Source: an uncultured Gammaproteobacteria bacterium
GTDB taxonomy: Bacteria; Patescibacteriota; Patescibacteriia; SG8-24
Assembly (NCBI GenBank): GCA_964486995.1
Contig: CAZAOV010000006.1
Coordinates: 166-64,165, forward strand
Reading direction: 5' to 3'
Length of the DNA stretch: 64,000 bases
The position numbers and the translations under genes are program-made. Shown here in pieces: positions 1 through 8,883 of this stretch (the first letter of the stretch is position 1; the number at the start of each line of letters is the position of its first letter). The notes beneath the pieces are model-generated. The model saw nothing but the letters and a program-made list of their open reading frames with translations. It did no database searches and was not told the DNA's origin.

Positions 1-2
1 GG

Positions 3-254
3 TTCGAGCATCTCACCGGCATCTCGGATGTGGAGCCGTTAACCAATCGCGTAACAGACATCGTAATCGCATGTACGGGTTATGGTTTGGGTGTCATAAT
101 TTTCCAGATTTTACCGGACGACCAAACTTTCAAATGGGTAATTATCGGGATACTCGCCGTGGATGCGGTTCTGACCTCACTCGGAATAATTTCCTATCGG
201 CTGTTTGTGTTCGGCAAAAAGTTCGACCCGGATAGGGAAAATACACAAACCTAA
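3..254 (+). CDS. Membrane protein, C-terminal part (frame is open to the window edge)
   Basis: Frame 3 is open from position 3; two hydrophobic segments; directly upstream of the next gene. Confidence 0.6.
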   Translation, partial: FEHLTGISDVEPLTNRVTDIVIACTGYGLGVIIFQILPDDQTFKWVIIGILAVDAVLTSLGIISYRLFVFGKKFDPDRENTQT

Positions 255-271
255 GTCTTGAAGGCGAAACC

Positions 272-871
272 ATGTTCGATACTCTCGTAATTTTGTGCCC
301 CGGATTGCCCAGCAGCAAAGAAAACGGACGCATTGTCTGGGATGCGGTGTCCGGCGATTTGTATTTGGGCGGCATGGTCAGAATGAATGCGGCCAAGCGG
401 TTCATAGAACAACATCAGCCCGCTCATATAATTTTGGCTGCGGCCAGGCAGAAGTCGTATGGCGTGTATTCTTTTTTGACGGATGACGGCGATGCATTGA
501 GACGGGGCACTTATTATCTGTTAAGTTCAGATAACGACACTAACGGCAACTTGCATGCCGTGCAGCAGGTGCTGGCAAATGAGCTGTCCGATTTGAAAAT
601 AAGAAAACTAGGCCTGCTGACCAATCTATATCATCTGCCTCGTTCATTGCGGTTCGCCAGGGATATCATGCCAGAATATGAATTGGTGCCGATTCCGGCT
701 GAGGATTACATTGATTCAAAAGATTGCGAACGGTACCAAAGAGAATATCTGGCACGTACGCTGAGTGAGATGCGGGGAATCGTGCATTGGGAACTTGGTG
801 TCTATCGTGACCAGAATAAGATAGATTGGACCGCTGAACTGCTCGCAGTGCACAAGCCAACAGCGGAATAA
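272..871 (+). CDS. YdcF/DUF218 family protein
   Basis: Motifs 'DTNGN' and 'LLTNLYHLPRSL' match the DUF218 T-x-x-N / T-x-x-x-H-x-x-R pattern. Confidence 0.65.
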   Translation: MFDTLVILCPGLPSSKENGRIVWDAVSGDLYLGGMVRMNAAKRFIEQHQPAHIILAAARQKSYGVYSFLTDDGDALRRGTYYLLSSDNDTNGNLHAVQQVLANELSDLKIRKLGLLTNLYHLPRSLRFARDIMPEYELVPIPAEDYIDSKDCERYQREYLARTLSEMRGIVHWELGVYRDQNKIDWTAELLAVHKPTAE

Positions 872-874
872 TCT

Positions 875-1414
875 ATGAAGGGACTAATCCAAATTTATAC
901 CGGCGACGGCAAGGGTAAGACTACAGCCGCACTCGGGCTGGCAGTACGTGCAGTTGGCGCCGGCAAGAAAGTGGCTATCGTGTATTTCGACAAGGGCGGC
1001 GAGCGTTATAGCGAACGCAAGGTACTGGCCAAAAAATTCGCCGGGCAGATTGATTTTTATGCGACTGGACGGGATCGAATTGATCCGGACACCGGGCGGT
1101 TTCGTTTCGGCGTTCTGAAAGAAGATATCGAAGAGGCGGCCCGAGGTCTCCGGATCGCGCAGAAACTCATTGATGCGGCGGGGCATGACCTAATTATCCT
1201 CGATGAACTAAACACAGCCGTATTGCTTGGCATGCTGAAGCCTGAGCCGGTCGAAGATCTGCTGCGCGACAAACCGGAGCCAGTTGAGTTGGTGCTCACC
1301 GGTCGCGGCGCACACCAATCTTTTCGCGACCTAGCTGACCTCGTTACCGACATGGGGCTAGTCAATCATTACTATTATCACGGCACGCAGGCGCGAGAAG
1401 GAATTGATTTTTAA
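875..1414 (+). CDS. cobO: Cob(I)yrinic acid a,c-diamide adenosyltransferase (BtuR/CobO)
   Basis: YTGDGKGKTTAALG P-loop, ILDE, ELVLTGR, AREGIDF C-terminus. Confidence 0.93.
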   Translation: MKGLIQIYTGDGKGKTTAALGLAVRAVGAGKKVAIVYFDKGGERYSERKVLAKKFAGQIDFYATGRDRIDPDTGRFRFGVLKEDIEEAARGLRIAQKLIDAAGHDLIILDELNTAVLLGMLKPEPVEDLLRDKPEPVELVLTGRGAHQSFRDLADLVTDMGLVNHYYYHGTQAREGIDF

Positions 1415-1467
1415 ACCTGTTTTTTGTAGATAAGAAAAGCCACCCGTCCGGGTGGTTTTAGAGATCT

Positions 1468-1719
1468 CTAGAGTCGGCACTTGAACAGGAATCGTTGCCA
1501 TGCGCCCATTCGACGCAATACATCGTTGAATCGGTTCTTAAGTTCTAGCACCTGATCCAGCTCGCGGCCGCTAGCCGAGCCCTCAGCACATGCAATCGAA
1601 CCCTTCACTTGGCGCATGAGTTTGCGCTGAACCAGCGCGCATCCATCTGGTAGAGTCTTCTCGACCGAGTTCATCACCGACTTGGCCCGTTTTATGGAAG
1701 TGTTAAAAGCGAAGCTCAT
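1468..1719 (-). CDS. Small helical hypothetical protein (83 aa)
   Basis: SD GAGGAG 6 nt before ATG at 1719; TTGACA-N17-TATACA upstream; terminator hairpin at ~1435-1460. Confidence 0.65.
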   Translation of the reverse strand: MSFAFNTSIKRAKSVMNSVEKTLPDGCALVQRKLMRQVKGSIACAEGSASGRELDQVLELKNRFNDVLRRMGAWQRFLFKCRL

Positions 1720-1756
1720 TGTTTTCTCCTCGTGAAGGTCAACGAAAGGACTTTTT

Positions 1757-1785
1757 TGTATATCAATAATAACCCATCGTGTCAA
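1757..1785 (-). promoter_or_regulatory. Sigma70-type promoter TTGACA-N17-TATACA
   Basis: Consensus -35 and 17-nt spacer upstream of the 1719 gene. Confidence 0.55.
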
Positions 1786-1977
1786 TACTGGACATCAAAT
1801 CGCGATACGTTAGGCCGGTTGAATCACCCACATCAGGGCCCAACCCCGGATGAAACCTACCCAACAGCGCTGTCATTGCGACTCCGGTTCGGTGACGGGG
1901 CCGCAATGAGGTGACACAACTTAATCTCTAACTTTAGACTGAATAAATAAACCGCCTGAAGTCAGGCGGTTGTAGTG

Positions 1978-2262
1978 CTACATGATGCGGCGAAGGAAGC
2001 TGCGGATGATACCGCCCTTCCATCTCAGGGTTCGCATCAGCTTGCGGTGCCGGTTTTCGCTGATTTCGAGAATTATCTCGTCGTTGCGATTCCTGCACAG
2101 GCGCGTGGCCACGGTATGGCGGAACTCCCAGATGCAGCCAAGCTCGGTAGCCGCTTCGGAAAAACGTTTGGCCTTTAGGTGTCGCTCCGCATCGTCCAGA
2201 GTCTGGTCGAGCAGTTTCATCTGCGAGCGAAGGGGGGCGTTCCTGGCCGGCAGGTCTCTCAT
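1978..2262 (-). CDS. Small helical hypothetical protein (94 aa)
   Basis: SD GGGAG; promoter TTGACG-N17-TATAGT at 2306-2334; terminator aaccgcctgaagtcaggcggtt downstream. Confidence 0.65.
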   Translation of the reverse strand: MRDLPARNAPLRSQMKLLDQTLDDAERHLKAKRFSEAATELGCIWEFRHTVATRLCRNRNDEIILEISENRHRKLMRTLRWKGGIIRSFLRRIM

Positions 2263-2381
2263 TTTATCTCTCCCGGTGAAATGGGTCTCCTAAAGCAATC
2301 ATCTTACTATACAGTGCGAATTCGCCACCGTCAACGATTTCAGCTTAGCAGTAGAACAAAAAACGCCCAAGTGGCTGGGCG

Positions 2382-2837
2382 TTAAGCTAATTTCGGCTCG
2401 TCTTTCGGCTCCGGCGGTAGTGCAGTCACCGCCTTTCGGGCTACTTCTAGTTGGCGGTTCAGGAAGCCGTCGAGCTTAGCTGACTCCTCGCGTGTTTTGT
2501 CATCGTTCGCGCCGGGCTCCCAACTATCGGCCAGCTTGTTATAGACAGACGCGATACGGTACAGCGCCAGTGCTCGACGAGGGTCGTGCTTCAGCGCATC
2601 AATCCCTTGCTTGCCGAACTTGAGGGCCTTAGTGAACATCGGACGCTTGGCGGGGTTGGCGAGCGATTGCTGTCGAGCGGCATTGGCAGCCGGATCTTCA
2701 ATTTCATGAACCAAAAACTGAAGATTAAAGTCCGCGACATATGTCAGGCCCGCAGCCTGTTTAAGCTTTCCTTCCTCAAGAAGTTTTTCGGCATTTCTTA
2801 GCATCTGAACTGCCGGCAGGTAGAGATTCTGTTGCAT
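2382..2837 (-). CDS. Helical hypothetical protein (151 aa)
   Basis: SD GGAGGT; TPR-like helices; terminator at ~2360-2383. Confidence 0.7.
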   Translation of the reverse strand: MQQNLYLPAVQMLRNAEKLLEEGKLKQAAGLTYVADFNLQFLVHEIEDPAANAARQQSLANPAKRPMFTKALKFGKQGIDALKHDPRRALALYRIASVYNKLADSWEPGANDDKTREESAKLDGFLNRQLEVARKAVTALPPEPKDEPKLA

Positions 2838-2843
2838 GATGTT

Positions 2844-3128
2844 TTACCTCCCCCGAATTAGGCGATATACGCCCTCAAACCCGTATTCCGCCAGGGTCTG
2901 ATACATCAGTCTGCGCATTTCGTTCAACATAAGCCTGATTTCGCGCGGGGTGCGCGGATCGAACTTATACCGCAGGGTTTTATTGCGGGCATTGATGAAC
3001 TCGCGTCGCGCATCAGCGTAGCGTCCTTCATGCAAAGCAAGACGAAAGGCCGACACATGCCGTCCGACCGTTCCGAGAACGGTTAGGAAGTTCAGCATAA
3101 AATTGCCGAGGTCTTTATCGTCGTTCAT
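2844..3128 (-). CDS. Small helical hypothetical protein (94 aa)
   Basis: SD AAGGTG before ATG at 3128; promoter TTGACG-N17-TACTTT at 3165-3193. Confidence 0.65.
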   Translation of the reverse strand: MNDDKDLGNFMLNFLTVLGTVGRHVSAFRLALHEGRYADARREFINARNKTLRYKFDPRTPREIRLMLNEMRRLMYQTLAEYGFEGVYRLIRGR

Positions 3129-3253
3129 TTTGAACACCTTTAAAAGTGCGACCACTGACCGCTGAAAGTACCATGCCAGGTGTCTGACGTCAATGCAACT
3201 TAACCTCAAATGTCAGCTAAGTTATAATGTAGAAGTTAATCAATCAAAACCAT

Positions 3254-4546
3254 ATGGCTATGCAAAATTCGAATAAGAAGCAAGGTCATGCCGGCTTAAT
3301 CGTAGCTACCGCACTTGTGGCGATAGTTTTTGGTTTTGTGTCTGGTGTGGTGGGTGCACAACCTTTCGTTTCCAGTCCGATTCTCAACGCCTTCGAGAAT
3401 CATATATTTGATCTTCCGCTCAGGGCTTCGGATAGGCAGGCTAATGTGATGCCGGCAGCCGTTCCTGTGTGCGAGCAGGTTTGCCAGACCGAAGAGAGTC
3501 TGCGCATTGCCGCCGTTCGATCCGCACTGCCTGCCGTGGTCTCCGTTGTGGTGACTAAGGATGTTCCGGTTTTCGAGCAGTATTACACCAACCCATTTGG
3601 GAACGATTTTTTCAATGATTTTTTTGGTGATATTAATTTCGGCGTGCCGCAATTGCGCCAGAAAGGAACCGAACGTCAGGAGGTCGGCGCCGGGACTGGT
3701 TTTATCGTTTCGCCAGACGGCCTGATAGTCACCAATAAACATGTGGTACTGGACGAAGATGCTGAATACACGGTCATCACCTCGGACGGAGAGAAGCATC
3801 CGGCCGAAGTGTTGGGGCGCGATCCGGCCAATGATTTGGCGGTGATTAAAATCGATGTGGCAGAGGATGTCGAGATGGAACATATTTCGTACGCTGCCGA
3901 TGAACCACAGGTCGGACAGGGCGTTATCGCCATTGGCTATGCGCTCGGCGAATTTACCAACACCGTCAGTGCGGGCATCGTATCGGGTTTGTCGCGCGAC
4001 ATTACCGCCGGCGACAATCGCGGCAATTCCGAACGGCTTTATAATGTCATTCAAACTGACGCCGCCATCAACCCCGGCAATTCGGGGGGGCCGCTGCTGA
4101 ACCTTAAAGGCGAAGCGATTGGTGTAAATGTTGCGGTGGAGCGTGGCGCTCAGGGTATCGGATTTGCGTTGCCGATTGCCGACGTGGAGCGCGTGGTAGA
4201 AAGCGTGGTTGAGACCGGAAAGATAACTCGACCGTTCTTGGGGGTGCGGTATGTGATGATTACCGAAGACATGGCCCAAGCGAATCAGCTTCCGGTGGAT
4301 TATGGAGCGCTCATCGTGCGCGGAGAACGGCAGATTGATTTGGCGGTTACGCCGGGATCGCCCGCCGATATAGCCGGAATCATCGAGAACGATATCATTC
4401 TGGAAATTAACGGGCAGAAACTCACGGCTGCCAACCCGTTGGTGCGCGCAGTGCGAAATCTACGCGTGGGGGACACCATAACTCTTAAGGTCCTGCACAA
4501 GGGCGAGGAGATGGATGTGGGGGTGACTCTCACCGAACGGCAGTAA
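3254..4546 (+). CDS. htrA: HtrA/DegP-family serine protease with PDZ domain
   Basis: TNKHVV, DLAVIKI and QTDAAINPGNSGGPL triad motifs; N-terminal TM; C-terminal PDZ. Confidence 0.95.
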   Translation: MAMQNSNKKQGHAGLIVATALVAIVFGFVSGVVGAQPFVSSPILNAFENHIFDLPLRASDRQANVMPAAVPVCEQVCQTEESLRIAAVRSALPAVVSVVVTKDVPVFEQYYTNPFGNDFFNDFFGDINFGVPQLRQKGTERQEVGAGTGFIVSPDGLIVTNKHVVLDEDAEYTVITSDGEKHPAEVLGRDPANDLAVIKIDVAEDVEMEHISYAADEPQVGQGVIAIGYALGEFTNTVSAGIVSGLSRDITAGDNRGNSERLYNVIQTDAAINPGNSGGPLLNLKGEAIGVNVAVERGAQGIGFALPIADVERVVESVVETGKITRPFLGVRYVMITEDMAQANQLPVDYGALIVRGERQIDLAVTPGSPADIAGIIENDIILEINGQKLTAANPLVRAVRNLRVGDTITLKVLHKGEEMDVGVTLTERQ

Positions 4547-4618
4547 AATACAGCTAAGGAGTGAAGTAGGCAAGATGTTTACGTTCACTTATCCAAACCC
4601 TTCACTAACGAAGTTCCT

Positions 4619-5749
4619 ATGAAATTGAAACTTTTTATTGTCATCATCTGTATTGCCGTATTTGTTGCTTTTGGGTATTTCTATAGTGATTGGCTTGTAG
4701 GTTCGTTATATCAGCCGACCGAGACCACGCTTAAACTTGGCACTCAAATCGCCAACGTGCGTGGAAGCAAGGCTGTAAAAACCGTGGCGGCAGGACTGCA
4801 AATCCCATGGGAGATAGCCATACTGCCCAATGAAGATATTCTTGTGACAGAACGTCCGGGTACGCTTCGGCGCGTCACCGGAGACGGGGCGATAATCAAA
4901 GTGGATGGCGTTAAGCATCATGGCGAAGGTGGTCTGCAGGGCATGACCTTACATCCGAATTTTGCGGAGAATCAATACATCTATCTATACATGACCACCC
5001 TCAGGAATGACCGGCTGGAAAACCGGGTGGTTCGATACAGATATGTTGATGACGAGCTGCTGGAGCCGACCGAAGTTATCGCCGGAATTCCGGGCGCAAA
5101 ATATCACGACGGCGGTCGCATTGAATTTGGTCCGGACGGTAAGTTATATATTGCCACCGGCGATGCGACATCGGTTGGTGCGGCGCAGGACGTTAATTCA
5201 CTGGCCGGAAAGATATTACGTATCGACGATGACGGCAGCATTCCAGAAGATAACCCGTTCGGAAATGCGGTTTGGTCCTACGGTCATCGCAATCCGCAGG
5301 GTATCGCTTGGGATTCCGAGGGTCGACTATGGTCAACCGAACACGGTCGGTCAGTGCCCAAATCTGGCTTTGACGAGCTGAACCTGATCGGTCGCGGGCT
5401 TAACTATGGCTGGCCGGATATTCAGGGCGACGAAGAACGACAAAACATGTTGATGCCGGCGGTTCACTCTGGCCCGACTGAAACTTGGGCACCAGCCGGA
5501 ATGGCGTACCATAACGGCAGTCTGTTCTTTGCGGGCTTGCGTGGCGAGGCTTTGTACGAAGCGGAGCTGAACGGCAGTGAGGTGGTCGATATGAAAGTTC
5601 ATTATTATCAGGATTTCGGTCGTCTGCGCGCGGTTTATCTCGGACCGGACAACTACCTGTATCTCACCACATCAAACACCGACGGACGTGGGGAACCGCG
5701 TGACGGGGACGACAAAATATTAAGGGTTAATCCTGCTGCGTTGGAGTAG
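4619..5749 (+). CDS. PQQ-dependent sugar dehydrogenase (GSDH/YliI family)
   Basis: LVTERPG, GEGGLQG, HDGGRIEFGPDGKLY, YGHRNPQG, NYGWP motifs. Confidence 0.92.
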   Translation: MKLKLFIVIICIAVFVAFGYFYSDWLVGSLYQPTETTLKLGTQIANVRGSKAVKTVAAGLQIPWEIAILPNEDILVTERPGTLRRVTGDGAIIKVDGVKHHGEGGLQGMTLHPNFAENQYIYLYMTTLRNDRLENRVVRYRYVDDELLEPTEVIAGIPGAKYHDGGRIEFGPDGKLYIATGDATSVGAAQDVNSLAGKILRIDDDGSIPEDNPFGNAVWSYGHRNPQGIAWDSEGRLWSTEHGRSVPKSGFDELNLIGRGLNYGWPDIQGDEERQNMLMPAVHSGPTETWAPAGMAYHNGSLFFAGLRGEALYEAELNGSEVVDMKVHYYQDFGRLRAVYLGPDNYLYLTTSNTDGRGEPRDGDDKILRVNPAALE

Positions 5750-5881
5750 CGCGCGGCAGATAAAGATAAAACGCCAAACATTTTAACTGGCTGCCCAGCT
5801 GTCGGGTCTTTTTTTTGCCACTAAACGCCTGATGTGTCATTATTTTTCTGCGAATCGCTGGATAATGCCAAGGAGTTGCAG

Positions 5882-6199
5882 ATGACCGACGAAAAGAGGG
5901 TGCCACTGAATAGTCCCAAAGTTGATGTTCGCGCCGAACCGGACTATGAGAGCAACGAGCAGCCCGACTGGGATTACGTCGACAAAGTCGAAGATAACGT
6001 CAAGGAGGATGTAGAGCGTGCGCTCGAAAAAACAGAGAACGACGGTGCAGGCACACAGATTGGTGCGGCCAATGACGCGGTGGATGACGCGAGCGAGAAA
6101 ATCGATCCAAATCGAGTCAAAAAGATTCATGTCGATATCGAGGACGAAGATGGTCGGCATGTAGAGATTCACCGCGAGGCACACGGTCGGGAAAGATAA
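5882..6199 (+). CDS. Small acidic hypothetical protein, paralog of 6310-6666
   Basis: SD AAGGAG before ATG 5882; aligns with the next ORF. Confidence 0.75.
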   Translation: MTDEKRVPLNSPKVDVRAEPDYESNEQPDWDYVDKVEDNVKEDVERALEKTENDGAGTQIGAANDAVDDASEKIDPNRVKKIHVDIEDEDGRHVEIHREAHGRER

Positions 6200-6309
6200 A
6201 CCGCTTTAGCTCACATTTTGTGGGCTTTTTTATCCCCAAGTCAAAAAACGCTTAATGTAGTATTATTTGTTTGGTTCATTCAATGTAATGTCGGGTAAAG
6301 GAGGTTCTG

Positions 6310-6666
6310 ATGTCCGACAAAGATAAAGATAGGGATAAGGACAAAGATCCCGGCAAGAAGCCCCTGAAGAAGAAAAAGGTTCACGTGAAGGTGGATCCAA
6401 AGGACAGTGACTGGGGCAGGAAACAGCGCTCTGTCCAAATCAAGAAGCGCCTCAAGGAGGAGGTGGAGAAGGCAGTCGAAGAGGCCGCACCGGACGGTTC
6501 GGACGCCCAGTTCGATGCCGCCGACAGGAAACTCGACGAGGCCAAGCGGGCCGTAAGTCCGAAGGAAGTTCGGGAAATCGAAGTCGAGGTCGAGGGTATG
6601 CGAGAAGATGAGCGCGGTGAAGACGAGTACGTTTCAAAAAAGCGCAAAGTTAAGCCGGGAGATTGA
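6310..6666 (+). CDS. Small charged hypothetical protein, paralog of 5882-6199
   Basis: SD AGGAGGT; terminator agaccgtgtattcacggtctttttt follows. Confidence 0.78.
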   Translation: MSDKDKDRDKDKDPGKKPLKKKKVHVKVDPKDSDWGRKQRSVQIKKRLKEEVEKAVEEAAPDGSDAQFDAADRKLDEAKRAVSPKEVREIEVEVEGMREDERGEDEYVSKKRKVKPGD

Positions 6667-6761
6667 TTGATAGCCAGACCGTGTATTCACGGTCTTTTTT
6701 AATGCAAGAGTCCAACGGAATCTTTCGGGCTCCCTTCATATACTTATTTTGCACTCCATAC

Positions 6762-6787
6762 GGAACACGCTTGCCGTCCAGTGCGTA
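6762..6787 (+). promoter_or_regulatory. Putative ECF autoregulatory promoter GGAAC-N17-CGTA
   Basis: Matches the AAC/CGT ECF promoter pattern, 17 nt before the ECF sigma start. Confidence 0.5.
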
Positions 6788-6804
6788 TCTATTAAGATAG
6801 AAGC

Positions 6805-7380
6805 ATGATGGAATCAGACACACAAAATCTCACCGATGAACAGCTTGTAGCGCAGACTTTGGAGGATCGAGAGAAATTTACCTGCTTGATGCGGCGTTAT
6901 GAGGCGCGGTTATTGCGTTATGTTAGGCGAATTTCTGGTATGGATATTGATGATGCCGAGGACGTACTGCAGGACGCGTTTATAGCGATTTATCGCAATT
7001 TGCGCGGATTTGATCAGAAGCGCAAGTTTTCGGCTTGGGCTTATCGGATTGTACGCAATACCACTATTAGCGCGGCGCGGAAAAATCAGGTTAAGCAGAA
7101 ACGTATTGTTATTGATGTCGGTGACGAGATGATGGAGCTCATTAAGTCCGACGAGGATGTCATGTCAAATGCGGATAAGGAATTTGATTCGGCAGTGATT
7201 CAATCGGTACTCGCTGAGCTTAAAGAAAATCAGCGTGAAATTCTGGTGTTATATTATCTGGAAGAAATGGAATATGCCGAGATTTCTGACGTGCTGCGCA
7301 TTGCGCCCGGGACAGTGGCGTCGCGGTTGTCACGTGCCAAGCGAGCGTTTCGAAAAAATATTGAATCGATGAAGAAATAA
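6805..7380 (+). CDS. ECF RNA polymerase sigma factor
   Basis: AEDVLQDAF, FSAWAYRIVRN (region 2); EISDVLRIAPGTVASRLSRAK (region 4 HTH). Confidence 0.93.
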   Translation: MMESDTQNLTDEQLVAQTLEDREKFTCLMRRYEARLLRYVRRISGMDIDDAEDVLQDAFIAIYRNLRGFDQKRKFSAWAYRIVRNTTISAARKNQVKQKRIVIDVGDEMMELIKSDEDVMSNADKEFDSAVIQSVLAELKENQREILVLYYLEEMEYAEISDVLRIAPGTVASRLSRAKRAFRKNIESMKK

Positions 7381-7381
7381 T

Positions 7382-8206
7382 ATGACTAATCTCTCCGGTA
7401 AAGTGCTTCACGAGATACAGAGCAAGAATGTAAAACCGATTCCGGCTTGGCGTTTCCTGCTGAAGTCGTTTGTGGCTTGGTGTGGTTTCGTGCTGCTCGT
7501 TTTTTTTGGCGCACAAGCAGTGAGCATTATTCTGTTCCTGCTCTCAGACCACGATTGGACCGAACTCATGCAGTTCCCTGGCGGCCGCATCGGGTATTTC
7601 TTTATTGTCATGCCGTATTTGTGGTTGCTGGCACTCATAGTTCTAACCATCGCGGCTTATCTGGATTTAAAGAAAACTAGGGGTGGTCATCGCTATCGTC
7701 CGCTTATCGTGATATTGGTGATAATCGGCGTCAGTCTATTTGCCGGCATCGGCCTTCATGCCATGGGCATGGGCAAGCGCGCAGATGCGATGATTGAGGG
7801 TGGGGTACCGAAGTATCGTCAGATGGCACCGCGCGGCATGAATATTTGGGATCAGCCGCAACACGGTCGCATGATCGGTGTCGTAGAAGGTTCAGATGAA
7901 GATGGAAATCTGTTGTTACGCATTCCGAGCGGAGAAGTCAAAATGATCAAAGTTGATTCGAGTGTTTTAAGGCGGATAAAACAGTTTGTCGAGCAGGGTG
8001 GTTCGATTCGGGTGATGGGTCAGCCGACCCCCGAGGGTCATTTCAAAGCGAAAGCGATAATGCCCTGGAAAAAGGGAATACAGCACGATTTACGCCATAA
8101 ATTATATTTGCGGAATAAGGTTCAGGAAGAAACATTACAGCGCGCGCGTAGTATTGGTGAAGGGTCGATGCGACTACCGGTGCACCTGGTCGCGCCTGCC
8201 CGATAA
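7382..8206 (+). CDS. Multi-TM membrane protein, probable anti-sigma factor
   Basis: Starts 1 nt after the ECF stop; three TM segments and an extracellular C-terminal domain. Confidence 0.7.
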   Translation: MTNLSGKVLHEIQSKNVKPIPAWRFLLKSFVAWCGFVLLVFFGAQAVSIILFLLSDHDWTELMQFPGGRIGYFFIVMPYLWLLALIVLTIAAYLDLKKTRGGHRYRPLIVILVIIGVSLFAGIGLHAMGMGKRADAMIEGGVPKYRQMAPRGMNIWDQPQHGRMIGVVEGSDEDGNLLLRIPSGEVKMIKVDSSVLRRIKQFVEQGGSIRVMGQPTPEGHFKAKAIMPWKKGIQHDLRHKLYLRNKVQEETLQRARSIGEGSMRLPVHLVAPAR

Positions 8207-8232
8207 ACTAACCAATTAATGTATTGCAAAAA

Positions 8233-8655
8233 ATGACAACTAAAAGAACTATCGCTCTGGGTTTGGTTGCCGCTGCCGTTACGGCCATGGTGGCAGTTCC
8301 GAGTTTCGCTAATAGCTATTCAGCTGGCGAAGGTGAGCGTAAACGTCCAACTACGGAAACAATCGAACAAAAGAAGCTCGAGATGGCCGAGCGTCGCGAA
8401 GCGGTGGAAGCCGCTATCGACGCGAACGACTATGACGCGTGGATCGAAGCTGTGGGGGCGCGTCCGATTGCCGAACAGGTAACCTCGGACGAGTTTAATC
8501 AGCTGCGTGAGATTCATCGCTTGCGCACCGAAGCGAAGGATATCGCCGACGAGATTGGCATCGAGTCGCGGCATCGAGGGCACAGCATGATGAAAGAAGG
8601 AATGAAGAATGCCTTTCGCGCCGGTCGGCATTTCCAGACGAAGCAGAGCGAATAA
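8233..8655 (+). CDS. Secreted helical protein (Spy/CpxP-like architecture)
   Basis: Signal peptide ending VPSFA; helical; terminator at ~8664-8696. Confidence 0.7.
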   Translation: MTTKRTIALGLVAAAVTAMVAVPSFANSYSAGEGERKRPTTETIEQKKLEMAERREAVEAAIDANDYDAWIEAVGARPIAEQVTSDEFNQLREIHRLRTEAKDIADEIGIESRHRGHSMMKEGMKNAFRAGRHFQTKQSE

Positions 8656-8883
8656 ACGCTCTCAAACCGCCTTCGTTGAACGGGGGCGGTTTTTTGTCTG
8701 ACCGCAGGCGCGTGTGAGCGTCTTATGGCGAGGCCGCTCATGATTGAACACGGGCAAGAATAGGTGGCTACTCCTTTGGACGCTTCGACCGGTCCAACTG
8801 TCGCGGACGGCTCACACACACATATGGCGTCTTTGCTTATTGACTGACTTCAATAAAAGTGCTTTCCTTTTTTGGTGTGAACC

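Noticed and set aside
1830-1860. Hammerhead ribozyme-like ctgatg/gaaac words
   Set aside because: The CUGANGA and GAAA elements are not on the same strand in the required arrangement.
1415-3200. Integron cassette array explanation for the small antisense genes
   Set aside because: No attC (RYYYAAC...GTTRRRY) structure and no integrase; the spacers are ordinary promoters and terminators.
3296-4279. Long antisense ORFs (e.g. 327 aa opposite htrA, 266 aa opposite lon, 254 aa opposite clpP, 216 aa opposite the sigma factor)
   Set aside because: Shadow ORFs of well-supported genes, with no motifs or start signals.
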